Counted from the stretch's first letter, positions 18,481-28,168 are shown. The stretch is 56,249 nt of DNA from Solirubrobacteraceae bacterium (GCA_036771025.1 DAIPIC010000001.1:1-56249), one strand, 5' to 3'. The notes: generated by a model from the letters alone, not told the origin. A program made the numbers and translations.

Positions 18481-19713
18481 CTACACCTCCAGGCGTTCGA
18501 ACAGCTCGAGCCAGTCCCGCAGCAGCCTGGGGGTGAGAAAACGCTGACGCACGGCCTCTTTTCCCGCCCGGCCTAGCTGTTTACCCAGGGCGGGGTCGCC
18601 GAGGATCTCAAGCGACCGCTGCGCACAATCCTCGACCCCGGAGACCAGAAACCCGGATTCCCCGTCGGTGATCTGAAGCGGGATACCGCCGACGTCGCCG
18701 GCGACCATGGGCCGTGCCTTCCAGATCGCCTCGGTCACGGTAAGGCCGAACCCTTCCCGCATTGATTTTTGGATCACGACATCCGAGTGCGACTGAAAGG
18801 CGTTGACCTCGATGGCGCCAACGTTGTTGAGGTTGTTGAGGATGTGGATGTCAGGGTCGCCATCGGCGTGGGCAACCGTGGCGTTGAAGTAGTCCCAACC
18901 CTCGGGATCGTCGGTGGCCATCGAGCCCACCAGCGCGAGTTGCACGTCGGGCATCTGCTCTTTGACGATTCGGTAGACGTCGATTACGCCCAGCGGGTCC
19001 TTCCACGGATCGAATCGCGACACCTGGCAAAGCAGTGGCCGGTCGACGTCGATTCCGAACTGCTGGCAGATGTACACGGCGTCCTCGGGTGAGAAGGCCA
19101 TGTTCTTTGGAGCCAGGGGATCGATCGCTGGCGGCACGGTGTGCGAGCGTCCATCCATGCCGCTCGGGACGTACTCGTCGAGGTGGAACACGACCCCCTG
19201 GTAGGGCTCGAGGTAGGGCACCAGACGCTCCAGGGTGAGGGCGTTCGGCGTCGACAAATCGATGTGACACCTCCACACCCAACGACGCGCCTTTTCGGGG
19301 ACCATCGAGCAGATTGCGGCCGGCTGGGGGTCGTGGACGATGCATACGTCCCAGTCCTCGGACATCTGCTGGGCGTTGATCTCGTTGTAGCGGAGCCACG
19401 TTCGCCACTGCTCCTCGCTCAGACCCTGCGGATTTCCCTGAAGCGAGTTGTGCATGATCTTGGTGGCGTTGAAGAACTCCTCGCGCCCGTAGATCACCTG
19501 CCAGTCGCATTCGAGTCCGACGTCGATCATCAACGGCACGAGCGTGCTCAGGATCTCGGCCACGCCGCCCCCGAACGCGGTGGCCGATAGATGCAGGATG
19601 CGCTTGCCCTTCAGGCGCTCGGCCCGCTCCCGGATCTCATCGATCATCCTGCGGCCGGCGATGCTCTGGTAGTCCGCGAGGTGCTTCTGGGCTAGGCCGA
19701 CTGGCTGGAGCAT
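18481..19713 (-). CDS. GT4 glycosyltransferase, trehalose synthase TreT-like
   Basis: GGGVAEIL, VHDPQP, WRCHIDLS, QVSRFDPWKDP, EGFGLTVTEA. Confidence 0.85.
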   Translation of the reverse strand: MLQPVGLAQKHLADYQSIAGRRMIDEIRERAERLKGKRILHLSATAFGGGVAEILSTLVPLMIDVGLECDWQVIYGREEFFNATKIMHNSLQGNPQGLSEEQWRTWLRYNEINAQQMSEDWDVCIVHDPQPAAICSMVPEKARRWVWRCHIDLSTPNALTLERLVPYLEPYQGVVFHLDEYVPSGMDGRSHTVPPAIDPLAPKNMAFSPEDAVYICQQFGIDVDRPLLCQVSRFDPWKDPLGVIDVYRIVKEQMPDVQLALVGSMATDDPEGWDYFNATVAHADGDPDIHILNNLNNVGAIEVNAFQSHSDVVIQKSMREGFGLTVTEAIWKARPMVAGDVGGIPLQITDGESGFLVSGVEDCAQRSLEILGDPALGKQLGRAGKEAVRQRFLTPRLLRDWLELFERLEV

Positions 19714-19788
19714 CTTCTTCTAGGACGGCAAGGGGGCATCGAGGCCGGACGATATCGCCCGCGGTGCGAGCGCAGTAGACGCCCGAGT

Positions 19789-21177
19789 CTAGGCGGGGAG
19801 CTCGAGCGTAAAAACGGTCTGACCCGGCGCCGACTGCACCGACAACCGACCCGCCATGCGCTCCGCGAGCTCGGAGGCGATGGCGAGCCCGAGCCCCGAC
19901 CCCTGCGCGTCGTCCGCCGTGTAGAAAGGCTCGAAGATTCGCGTCATGGCGCCCGGGTCGATGCCTTCGCCGTCGTCGCGGACCGCGAGCCGCACGTCAC
20001 CATCGGAGCGCCCGGCGGTGACCACGATCTGCGTACCTGGCGGGGTGTGGGTGAGCGCGTTGTCGAGCAGGATGCGCATGATCTGTGCGACGCGAACCGG
20101 GTCGCATTGGGCCTCGATCCGCCTGGCCGCCAAGCGCAGCTCCAGGTGGGAGTCATGATGCGCGAGGGACGGCTCGAACTCCCCGGAGACCGATCGGGCC
20201 AGCTCGCCGAGATCCACCTGTTCTTCGCGCAACTCGAGCGAACCGGCCTCCAGCCGCGAGAGATCGAGCAGGTCGACCGAGAGCTTCCGCAGCCGCTCCA
20301 CCTGGTCGTGGACCTGATCCAGGAATCGGCGCCTGGTCTCCGGGTCTAGCTCCTCGTCCTCGAGCAGCTCGACGAACCCTCCCAACGAGAAGATCGGCGT
20401 TCGCAGCTCGTGCGATGCGGTGGCGATGAACTTCTCCCGGGCCGACTCCAGCTGTGCCAGCTGCCGCTGCATGTCGTTGAACGCCACGGCCAGCTGGCCG
20501 AGCTCGTCGCTGGAGTCGACCGGGATCGGCCGGCCGAAGTCGCCGGCGGCCACCTGCTCGGCAGCGAGCTCCAGTCGCTTGACGCGCCAGGTCAGCCAGC
20601 GCGCCACCAGGTAGCCGCCGACCAACGCGAGCAGCAGCGCGATCGCCCCGGCGATCAGGATCTCCTGACGGACGATCGAGACGTTGTGGACCACGTCCGA
20701 GACCGACGAGGAGTAGACGACGACGGCCGAGATCCGCCCGCCCGACCGGATGGGGTACGCGGCCTCGGCGACCGTCACGCCACCCACCACCTCCGTACCG
20801 GCTTCGGGCTTGCCTGATTGCACCGCCTGGTAGGCGAGCGGGAACGCCATCGCCCGATCGGCGCCGGGGTTAGAGTCCACGACGGGGGTCGAGAGCTGGG
20901 GTTGGCCGTTTGCGATGTTGACGTCCAGCAGCGAGACCCGGGCCCCTGACTTGAGCGCCGCCGTATCGACCTGTCGCTCGACCGTGGCCCTGGGGACGTC
21001 GGTTCCAACGGCAATGTTGCGCGAGTACGTGGTGGCCGTTGAGGCCAGGGCCTTCAGCTTCTCGTCGAGCAGCCTGTTCTTCAGGCCGGGGGCCACGTAC
21101 ACATAGAGCGCAGCGAAGGCCACGAACGTGACCGCGAAGAAGACGAGCGCCAGGCGATTGCGCAGCGAGCGCAGCAT
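19789..21177 (-). CDS. HAMP-domain sensor histidine kinase
   Basis: Two TMs, HAMP (DELGQLAVAFNDM), H-box ASHELRTP, N-box LLDNALTHT, G2 GSGLGL; start moved to ATG 21177. Confidence 0.93.
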   Translation of the reverse strand: MLRSLRNRLALVFFAVTFVAFAALYVYVAPGLKNRLLDEKLKALASTATTYSRNIAVGTDVPRATVERQVDTAALKSGARVSLLDVNIANGQPQLSTPVVDSNPGADRAMAFPLAYQAVQSGKPEAGTEVVGGVTVAEAAYPIRSGGRISAVVVYSSSVSDVVHNVSIVRQEILIAGAIALLLALVGGYLVARWLTWRVKRLELAAEQVAAGDFGRPIPVDSSDELGQLAVAFNDMQRQLAQLESAREKFIATASHELRTPIFSLGGFVELLEDEELDPETRRRFLDQVHDQVERLRKLSVDLLDLSRLEAGSLELREEQVDLGELARSVSGEFEPSLAHHDSHLELRLAARRIEAQCDPVRVAQIMRILLDNALTHTPPGTQIVVTAGRSDGDVRLAVRDDGEGIDPGAMTRIFEPFYTADDAQGSGLGLAIASELAERMAGRLSVQSAPGQTVFTLELPA

Positions 21178-21190
21178 CGGTGTGGAGGAT

Positions 21191-21904
21191 CTACGGCTCG
21201 GTGTCCCGGAAGCGGTAGCCGACCCCACGAACCGTCAATAGATACTCGGGCTCTTTTGGATCGCGCTCGACCTTCTCCCGCAGATGGCGGATGTGGACGT
21301 CGATGGTTCTCGGATCGCGGTAGGCCGAGTCCCCCCAGATGCGCGCCAGCAGCATGTCGCGGGTGAACACCCGCCCGGGGCTGCGTGCGAGGGCAGACAG
21401 GATCTCGAATTCGACGTAGGTCAGCTGAGCGTCCGTTCCTCGCACTCGTACCGTGCGCTTGGGGAAGTCGATCCGAAGCTGGCGGACCTCGAGCGGAGCC
21501 TCATCCGGCGCGGTTTCCGCCGGCCTCGTCATCTCAGCGCGCCGTAGGGCCGCCTTGATCCGGCTCGAGAACTCCCGCAGCGAGAACGGCTTGGTGATGT
21601 AGTCGTCCGCCCCGAGCTCCAGCCCCACCACCTTGTCGATCTCCTCGGACTTCGCCGTCAGCATGATGATGGGCACGGAACTGCGGGTGCGAAGCCTCCG
21701 GCAGACCTCCAGTCCGTCGATCTTCGGCAGCATCAGGTCAAGGACCACGAGGTCGAACGACTCCTCGTCGAACCGCTCCAGTGCCTGCCGGCCGTCGGTG
21801 GCCTGGACGACGTGGTAGCCCTCCTTGCGCAACGGATACGAGAGCAGCGTCTGGATCGACTGCTCATCGTCCACGAGCAGGATGCGCGCTGAGTGGTCGT
21901 CCAT
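21191..21904 (-). CDS. OmpR/PhoB-family response regulator
   Basis: ILLVDDE, LDLMLP, GADDYITKPF, RTIDVHIRHLR, TVRGVGY. Confidence 0.96.
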   Translation of the reverse strand: MDDHSARILLVDDEQSIQTLLSYPLRKEGYHVVQATDGRQALERFDEESFDLVVLDLMLPKIDGLEVCRRLRTRSSVPIIMLTAKSEEIDKVVGLELGADDYITKPFSLREFSSRIKAALRRAEMTRPAETAPDEAPLEVRQLRIDFPKRTVRVRGTDAQLTYVEFEILSALARSPGRVFTRDMLLARIWGDSAYRDPRTIDVHIRHLREKVERDPKEPEYLLTVRGVGYRFRDTEP

Positions 21905-21905
21905 C

Positions 21906-21935
21906 GTCGTTTTCCCTCCTATTAGGGAAAAGAGT
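21906..21935. promoter_or_regulatory. Inverted repeat between the divergent regulator and membrane-protein genes
   Basis: TTTTCCC-N8-GGGAAAA. Confidence 0.35.
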
Positions 21936-21984
21936 ACGGGGCTGACTGCTTGGAGTCCCGGTCCGTGGTTAACCTTCCCCGGCC

Positions 21985-23730
21985 ATGCTCGACGCGCGGA
22001 TCTACCGCACGGGCTTGGTCGCGGTGGTGCTGGCCGTGATCGTGTTCGCGTTCTCGTTCCGGGACCAGCAGGGGTCGCTGGGGGCGACCCTCGCCCCGGA
22101 CGCGTTCAACGGTCAGAACGCTTACAGAGACGCGACCAACCTTGCCCAGCATTACCGCCATCGCCAAGCGGGCTCGGCCAGCGACAACGCGATCGCGTCC
22201 GAGGTCGCGCAACGCCTGCACCTGGATGACTTCAGCGTCTCCACCCATTCGTTCCAGGCCCCGACGCCGAGCGGCACCGGGACGGTTCAGAACGTGATCG
22301 GGGTCCGGTCGGGTCAATCCAGCGGGACCATCGTCGTCATCGCCCACCGTGACGCGACCCGTTCCCCGGCCAAGCTCGAGGAATCGGGGACCGGCGTGCT
22401 TCTCGACCTGGCCCGGGTCCTCTCGGGGGAGACGCTCAACCATACGATCGTGCTGGCCTCAACGAGCGGATCGACCGGAGCCGCCGGAGCCACGCAGCTG
22501 ATCCACTCGCTTCCCGGCCCCATCGACGCCGTGCTGGTCCTGGGCGACATGGCGAGCCGGACCCTGCGCCCGCCGCTCGTGGTTCCCTGGTCGGACGGTC
22601 AACAGCTCGCCCCGCCGCTGCTGCGGAATACCGCCGCCGGTGCGCTGTCGACTCAGGCCGGCCTCAACGCCGGAGGCGGCGGCATCGTCGGGCAGTTCGT
22701 GCACCTCGCGTTTCCGCTCACGGTCTCGGAGCAGGGGCCATTCAACGCCCGGGGCATCCCGGCGGTACTCCTGTCTGCCTCCGGAGAGAGGACCCCGGCA
22801 GCCACCGCGCCGCTGAGCCTGGCTCAGATCGGCCAGTTTGGCCGCACGGCGCAAGAGGTGATCAGCGCGCTGGATAGCGCGGGCCCGGTGCCGGCTCCGT
22901 CCGCCTATCTGTTGATGGGCGGCAACGTGGTGCCGGCCTGGGCGATGCGGCTGTTGGTCCTCGGACTGATCATTCCCGTGCTCGGAGCCACGATCGACGC
23001 CTTTGCTCGGGCGCGGCGGCGGGGCCATCCCGTTGGCCCCTGGGCGGCACGGGTGCTGGCGGCCGGAGTGCCGCTCGCGCTCGGGGTGGCAATCGTGCTG
23101 TTCGCAAAGGCCGTGGGTCTGCTCCAGATGGCCCCCCCTGGGGCCGCGGCGCCCGGCGCAGTGCCGCTGCGAACGTCCGGCACCGTGCTCCTCATCGCGA
23201 TCGCGTGTGCCGCAGCAATCGTCTACTGGTTGCTGGCGCGCACGGGCGTGCTGGTCAAGGCGAACGGGGACCCAGGCGCCGCGGCTGCGCTTCTGATCGT
23301 GATGTGCGCTCTGGCCATCGCGATCTGGGTCACGAACCCGTTCGCTGCGGCTCTGTTGGTTCCCGCGCTGCACCTCTGGATGTGGGTGCTGATGCCACAG
23401 ACCCGGATGCACCCGGCGGTGAGGGCCGCCCTGTTCCTGGCGGGACTGGCCCCGCCGCTGCTCGTGCTCGTCTACTACATGACCGCGCTCGGTTTCAACC
23501 CGGTCACGTTCGCCTGGACCGGGGCGATGATGATCGCCAGTGGCCAGATCGGCCCGCTCGTCGCGCTCGAGTGGTGCGCGGCAGCGGCATGCGCGGTGTG
23601 GGGTATCGCGATCGCTGCGTGGGGTGCGCGCCAAGAGCGCTCGCAAGAGGCGCCGGTCACCGTGCGTGGCCCCGTCACGTACGCCGGCCCCGGGTCGCTG
23701 GGCGGCACGAAATCGGCACTGCGCCGCTGA
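21985..23730 (+). CDS. Membrane protein: N-terminal TM + degenerate M28 peptidase-like ectodomain + ~7-8 C-terminal TMs (Gaa1/GPAA1-like topology)
   Basis: NVIGVRSG, IVVIAHRD, ESGTGVLLDLAR, VLVLGDM, PFNARGIPAV resemble M28 motifs; catalytic EE and final His are missing. Confidence 0.7.
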   Translation: MLDARIYRTGLVAVVLAVIVFAFSFRDQQGSLGATLAPDAFNGQNAYRDATNLAQHYRHRQAGSASDNAIASEVAQRLHLDDFSVSTHSFQAPTPSGTGTVQNVIGVRSGQSSGTIVVIAHRDATRSPAKLEESGTGVLLDLARVLSGETLNHTIVLASTSGSTGAAGATQLIHSLPGPIDAVLVLGDMASRTLRPPLVVPWSDGQQLAPPLLRNTAAGALSTQAGLNAGGGGIVGQFVHLAFPLTVSEQGPFNARGIPAVLLSASGERTPAATAPLSLAQIGQFGRTAQEVISALDSAGPVPAPSAYLLMGGNVVPAWAMRLLVLGLIIPVLGATIDAFARARRRGHPVGPWAARVLAAGVPLALGVAIVLFAKAVGLLQMAPPGAAAPGAVPLRTSGTVLLIAIACAAAIVYWLLARTGVLVKANGDPGAAAALLIVMCALAIAIWVTNPFAAALLVPALHLWMWVLMPQTRMHPAVRAALFLAGLAPPLLVLVYYMTALGFNPVTFAWTGAMMIASGQIGPLVALEWCAAAACAVWGIAIAAWGARQERSQEAPVTVRGPVTYAGPGSLGGTKSALRR

Positions 23731-23753
23731 CACACTCTTTAAGCTGAGCGCCG

Positions 23754-24440
23754 GTGCGCCGACTGATCCGCGACCTCTCGTTGGTGCTGATTCTCTCGGG
23801 AGCGCTCCTGCTGGCGGACGCGGCCGTGACGCTGCTGTGGCAGGAACCGCTGACCGCGGTGATCGCGCTTATCAAGCGCGACGCCGTAGACAAGCGCTTC
23901 CTCTCCTACCGCGGGGCCCCACTGTCGGAGCTCGAGCTCAGGGCGCTGGCAGCCTTGAAGACCGAGAGGGAGCGGATCGCCTTCCTGGCCCGCGAGGAGC
24001 GAAAGCAGGTCAAGACCGGCCAGGCGCTCGGAATCCTCCAGATGCCAAGGCTGGGCGCGACGTACACGGTCGTCCAGGGCACCGACGACACCAGCCTGCA
24101 GAAGGGTCCCGGCCATTACCCGCAGACGCCGTTTCCCGGCCTGGGCGACACGGTGGCGATCGCGGGCCACAGGACGACCTATCTGGCCCCGTTTCGGAAC
24201 CTCAACCAGCTGCGGCCCGGGGACCGGATCGTGCTCACGATGCGCTACGCCCAGTTCACCTACAGAGTCCAGTACAACCGGGTTGTGCAGCCGACGGCGT
24301 GGTGGGTCACGCATAACGTGGGCTACGAACGGCTGGTGCTGTCGGCCTGCAATCCCCTATACAGCGCGGCGCAGCGAATAGTCACGTTTGCCCGGGTGCA
24401 GGCCGTGCTGCCGCTGGGGCCGGCGGCGGGCAGGCGTTAG
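23754..24440 (+). CDS. Sortase, class E/D-like
   Basis: N-terminal TM; GPGHYP, IAGHRTTY, LVLSACNP...QRI (His-Cys-Arg triad). Confidence 0.92.
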   Translation: MRRLIRDLSLVLILSGALLLADAAVTLLWQEPLTAVIALIKRDAVDKRFLSYRGAPLSELELRALAALKTERERIAFLAREERKQVKTGQALGILQMPRLGATYTVVQGTDDTSLQKGPGHYPQTPFPGLGDTVAIAGHRTTYLAPFRNLNQLRPGDRIVLTMRYAQFTYRVQYNRVVQPTAWWVTHNVGYERLVLSACNPLYSAAQRIVTFARVQAVLPLGPAAGRR

Positions 24441-24490
24441 ACGCGGAGCCGCACGCGGTCGGCCGACCGTCCTGACGGGCGGGCAATCAG

Positions 24491-24518
24491 TCAAGGCCAG
24501 ATGCCCCCTAGCCGATAA
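24491..24518 (+). promoter_or_regulatory. sigma28 (FliA/SigD/WhiG-type) promoter
   Basis: TCAAG-N15-GCCGATAA; the -10 matches the sigma28 consensus exactly. Confidence 0.75.
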
Positions 24519-24552
24519 GGGCTCAAATAAGACTGAGATAGGGGAGTCAAGC

Positions 24553-24759
24553 GTGGTCGAGGACCAGGGCACCAAGCTGTCTGCGCTGCGAGAACGGATT
24601 GTTCGAGGCGAATACGAGGTCGATTCCCGAGCGGTCGCCGAGGCGATCGTCCACCGGACCTGGGAGCTGGCGCTGTTGCGGTCTCCGCTAAAGACGGTGC
24701 TCATAGCCGGAGAGGCCGCCGGGCTCGTCTCCGAAGATGACCCCGATCGGGCCGTCTAA
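24553..24759 (+). CDS. flgM: Minimal FlgM-like anti-sigma28 factor (68 aa)
   Basis: SD GGGGAG, GTG 24553; [25 protein letters not shown] matches the FlgM C-terminal signature; sigma28 promoter upstream. Confidence 0.7.
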   Translation: MVEDQGTKLSALRERIVRGEYEVDSRAVAEAIVHRTWELALLRSPLKTVLIAGEAAGLVSEDDPDRAV

Positions 24760-25662
24760 CACGCGCCCGATCCAAGTCAGCTGCACATCGCCGTGCCAGT
24801 CCGCGGCCGCGTTCTCGACGGAGGCGCGGGCGCCCGGCGGCATGCACGCGCACAGCTCGTAGTCCTCCCCGGCGGTCGCCGCGAGCCTGCCGGCGGCGAC
24901 CCCGAGCTGTGCCGCCACCTCACGCACGGCGGCGGTGACGGGCAGCGCCGCAAGCTGAAGCTCGAGCCTGACCCCGCTTCGTCGAGCCAGGTGTCCGGCG
25001 TCGGTCGCCAGCCCGTCTGAGAGGTCGATCATCGCCCGGGCGCCGAGCGACGCCAGCGAACGTCCCTCCTCGAGCCGCGGCGTGGGGCGGGCATAGCTGC
25101 CGCGCAGCCGTTCGGCGTCGTCGTGGTCGGCAGGCCGGGCGCGTCCATCGATCACCGCAAGCCCAGCGCCTGCCTCACCCAGATTTCCGGTCACGCACAC
25201 GAGGTCTCCGGGCTTTGCGCCGTCTCGCCCGACGAGGTCGCCGGGGTCGGATGCCCACCCGACGACCGTGACCGAGATCGTGAGCGCACGAGCGCGGGTG
25301 ACGTCTCCTCCCGCAATAGCGACTCCGCAGCGAGAAGCAAGCTGTTGCGCTTCGGTCGCCAGATCCACGAGCGCGTCGAGCTCCATCCCGGGCGGAAGTC
25401 CCAGCGCCAGGTAAGCCTCCCCTGCCTCGACCCCCATTGCCGCGAGGTCCGACAGCGCGCCCGCCATTGCCCGGTGGCCGATCTCTTTCATCGTCAGCTG
25501 GTCCACCCGAAAGTGGACGCCGTCAACCATCATGTCGGCAGAGGTCACGGCATAGCCGCCGGCCCGTACCACCGCCGCGTCGTCGCCCATCCCTCGCACC
25601 ACCCGCGCAGAAGCGGGCTGGAAGATTTCCTCAAGCGCTCGGATCAGCTCAGATTCACGCAT
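24688..25662 (-). CDS. thiL: Thiamine-monophosphate kinase
   Basis: [45 protein letters not shown]; start moved to ATG 25662. Confidence 0.95.
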   Translation of the reverse strand: MRESELIRALEEIFQPASARVVRGMGDDAAVVRAGGYAVTSADMMVDGVHFRVDQLTMKEIGHRAMAGALSDLAAMGVEAGEAYLALGLPPGMELDALVDLATEAQQLASRCGVAIAGGDVTRARALTISVTVVGWASDPGDLVGRDGAKPGDLVCVTGNLGEAGAGLAVIDGRARPADHDDAERLRGSYARPTPRLEEGRSLASLGARAMIDLSDGLATDAGHLARRSGVRLELQLAALPVTAAVREVAAQLGVAAGRLAATAGEDYELCACMPPGARASVENAAADWHGDVQLTWIGRVLDGPIGVIFGDEPGGLSGYEHRL

Positions 25663-25687
25663 CCAAGCCGCGCCTGGCGGGATCCGC

Positions 25688-25909
25688 TCACTTATGCCTA
25701 TAGACGATCCGCGCGCGGTCCAAGTCGTACGGCGAGAGCTCGACCCGGACTCGGTCACCGGGCAGGATCCGGATCCGAAACCGCCTCATCTTCCCTGCCA
25801 CGTGGCCGAGCACCGTGCGATCCATGTTGTCGAGCTTGACCCGGAACATGGCATTGGGTAGCGCCTCGACTACCTCGCCTTCGAGCTCGACTTTCTCTTC
25901 CTTGGGCAT
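25688..25909 (-). CDS. infA: Translation initiation factor IF-1
   Basis: [43 protein letters not shown]. Confidence 0.96.
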   Translation of the reverse strand: MPKEEKVELEGEVVEALPNAMFRVKLDNMDRTVLGHVAGKMRRFRIRILPGDRVRVELSPYDLDRARIVYRHK

Positions 25910-25966
25910 GGGCCGCGCCAACGCTAGCAGTCGGCAGGCTCCACAACCGCAACCGCGGGGTCAGGG

Positions 25967-28168
25967 TCAGCGCGTCTTTTTTCCGCCACCGCCCCCGCCC
26001 CGGCCGGTGCCAAACCCGGCCGGAGGAGCCGTCGCTCCCGGACCGCTCGGCACGCGCACCTGGGGTGGTCCCTGCGGCGGCTGGGAATACAGCTGGGGGT
26101 TGTTGTACTGGTTTGGAGCGGCGCCGCCGTTCCCGTTCCCGTTCCCGTTCCCGTTGCCGTTGCCGTTTCCGTTGTCATTTCCGTTGCCGCCGTTGCCGCC
26201 GCCCGCCACCGAGTGAGGGCCGGTGAAGGCGGTGCCCTGCCACTGGCTCGAAGGCTGGGACCAATCGCCGCAGAATCCATTGGATGCCTGCGACATGTAG
26301 TCGTGCCAGATGGGGGCGGCCAGGGTGCCGCCGAAGCCATTGTCCATCGGGGTGTTGGCATTGGGAAAGCCGACCCATACCGCGGTCGAGAGCTTTGGCG
26401 TGAACCCCACGAACCAGGCGTTCTCCAGGTTCTCGGCGGTTCCGGTCTTGCCGGCGGCTGGGCATCCATAGTTGGCCGCGGTGCCGGTGCCACCAGAGTT
26501 CGTGATCACTTGCTTGAGCACGCTGATCGCCTCGTCGGCCTCGGCGTCACTGAACACTCGCTTCTTGGGAGGCGTGCCCATCTTGGAGACACTGCCATCC
26601 GGGAAGACGACCTTGTCGATCGACGTCGGTGGGATGTGCCAACCGCCGTTGGCGATGGTCGCGTACGCGTCGGCCATCTCTAGCGGCGTGACCCCCAGGG
26701 TCAGACCGCCGATCACCTCGGCCGGGTTCCCGTCGAGCTTGGTCGTGATTCCCATGGCGTGCGCCGTGGCATCGACTTTCTTCATGTCCAGATCGACTCC
26801 CAACTGGGCGTATACCGTGTTGTCGGACACGACCGTGGCGTGGGTCACGTCGATGTTGCCCTGGTAGGTCTGCTCGGCCGTATGCACGCTGTAGGTGGGG
26901 TATCCCGGCAGCCAACCGGGCCCCAGGAAGTGGGAGTTGTAGAAGGTCTGATTGGGGTCTCCGTCGTAGTCGTGGATCAGGGTCATCAATGCGTAGACCT
27001 TGAACGACGAGCCGGGCTGCCGCTGTCCCTCGGTGGCGTAGTCGAAGCTCGACTGCTTGTAGTCAGAGGTGTTGGCGATCGCCAACACGTGTCCGTTCGT
27101 GGGATCGACCGATACGAGCGCGGCGGCCGGGTTGTCGCTGCCTCCCTCATGGGAGTCCACCGATGACTGCGCCTGCTGCTGATCTTGGAGATTGATCGTC
27201 GTGTAGATCTTCAGGCCGCCCTGGTCCACCTTCGGGCAACTGGCGGTGAACGGCCTTCCGGGGCAGAAGCGCTGGTGCAGCTGCTGGACCACGTAGTCGA
27301 ATGCGTAGGGTTGGCGGCGCTCCTGGTAGGAGCTGTTGCGCTTGATCCCCAGGGGCTCCTTCGCCGCCGCGTCAGCGTGCGACTGCGTGATGTAGCCCGA
27401 CTTGACCATGGCCTGAAGGACGTCCCGACGGCGCTTCGTGGCGAGCTTGGAGGTGATGAACGGGTTGTATTCAGATGGCGCCTGCGGCATTCCGGCCAGC
27501 AGCGCGGACTGAGCCAGATCGAGCTGCGAGACCGGCTTGTCGAAGAAGATCTGGGAGGCGGCGCCCACCCCGTAGGCAGTCTGTCCCCCGACCGTGCCGT
27601 ACGGAACGTCGTTGAGGTACTCGTCGAGGATCCAGTCCTTCTTGTGGGCCTTCTCCAGCTGCTGCGCGAGCTTGGCCTGGATGATCTTGTACTTCAGGTC
27701 GCGCTGGTGGTGGGGGAGGTAGAGCTGGTTGGCCAGCTGCATGGTCAGCGTCGACGCGCCCTGGAGGGTCGAGCCTCCGTTGAACACGTCCCGGATCGCC
27801 GCACGGAGGATGCCTTGGTAGTCGAGGGCACCATGCTGGTAGAAGCGGCGGTCCTCGATCGCCACCGTGGCGTGCTTCAGCGCGTTCGGTATCTGGGTGG
27901 CCGGAACGGGCGTGCGCAGCAGCGTCGAATGGATGAAGCCCAGGGAGGAGCCATCCGACGCGAACACCTGGGAGTTAGCGCCGGGCACCTCGGGGCTGCG
28001 CTGATTGAGGTTCGGAGCCGAGTCAGCTACAGCCGCCACCCAGCCGGCGATCGCGAGCGCCCCGAGCACGACGGAGGAGATCACGACCAGGAACGTCATC
28101 ACGACCACCCGCTTGACGGGGTGTGCGCGCTTGTGGCGGCGGCGCCGCTGTCGCTCGCGTCTGCTCAA
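25967..28168 (-). CDS. Class A penicillin-binding protein (transglycosylase + transpeptidase)
   Basis: AIEDRRFYQH, QGASTLTMQL; transpeptidase SSFK, SDN, KTG; Gly/Asn/Pro-rich tail. Confidence 0.95.
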   Translation of the reverse strand: MSRRERQRRRRHKRAHPVKRVVVMTFLVVISSVVLGALAIAGWVAAVADSAPNLNQRSPEVPGANSQVFASDGSSLGFIHSTLLRTPVPATQIPNALKHATVAIEDRRFYQHGALDYQGILRAAIRDVFNGGSTLQGASTLTMQLANQLYLPHHQRDLKYKIIQAKLAQQLEKAHKKDWILDEYLNDVPYGTVGGQTAYGVGAASQIFFDKPVSQLDLAQSALLAGMPQAPSEYNPFITSKLATKRRRDVLQAMVKSGYITQSHADAAAKEPLGIKRNSSYQERRQPYAFDYVVQQLHQRFCPGRPFTASCPKVDQGGLKIYTTINLQDQQQAQSSVDSHEGGSDNPAAALVSVDPTNGHVLAIANTSDYKQSSFDYATEGQRQPGSSFKVYALMTLIHDYDGDPNQTFYNSHFLGPGWLPGYPTYSVHTAEQTYQGNIDVTHATVVSDNTVYAQLGVDLDMKKVDATAHAMGITTKLDGNPAEVIGGLTLGVTPLEMADAYATIANGGWHIPPTSIDKVVFPDGSVSKMGTPPKKRVFSDAEADEAISVLKQVITNSGGTGTAANYGCPAAGKTGTAENLENAWFVGFTPKLSTAVWVGFPNANTPMDNGFGGTLAAPIWHDYMSQASNGFCGDWSQPSSQWQGTAFTGPHSVAGGGNGGNGNDNGNGNGNGNGNGNGNGGAAPNQYNNPQLYSQPPQGPPQVRVPSGPGATAPPAGFGTGRGGGGGGKKTR
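26126..26205. repeat. Hexanucleotide coding repeat (Gly-Asn)n in the PBP tail
   Basis: (CCGTTC/CCGTTG)n. Confidence 0.85.
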
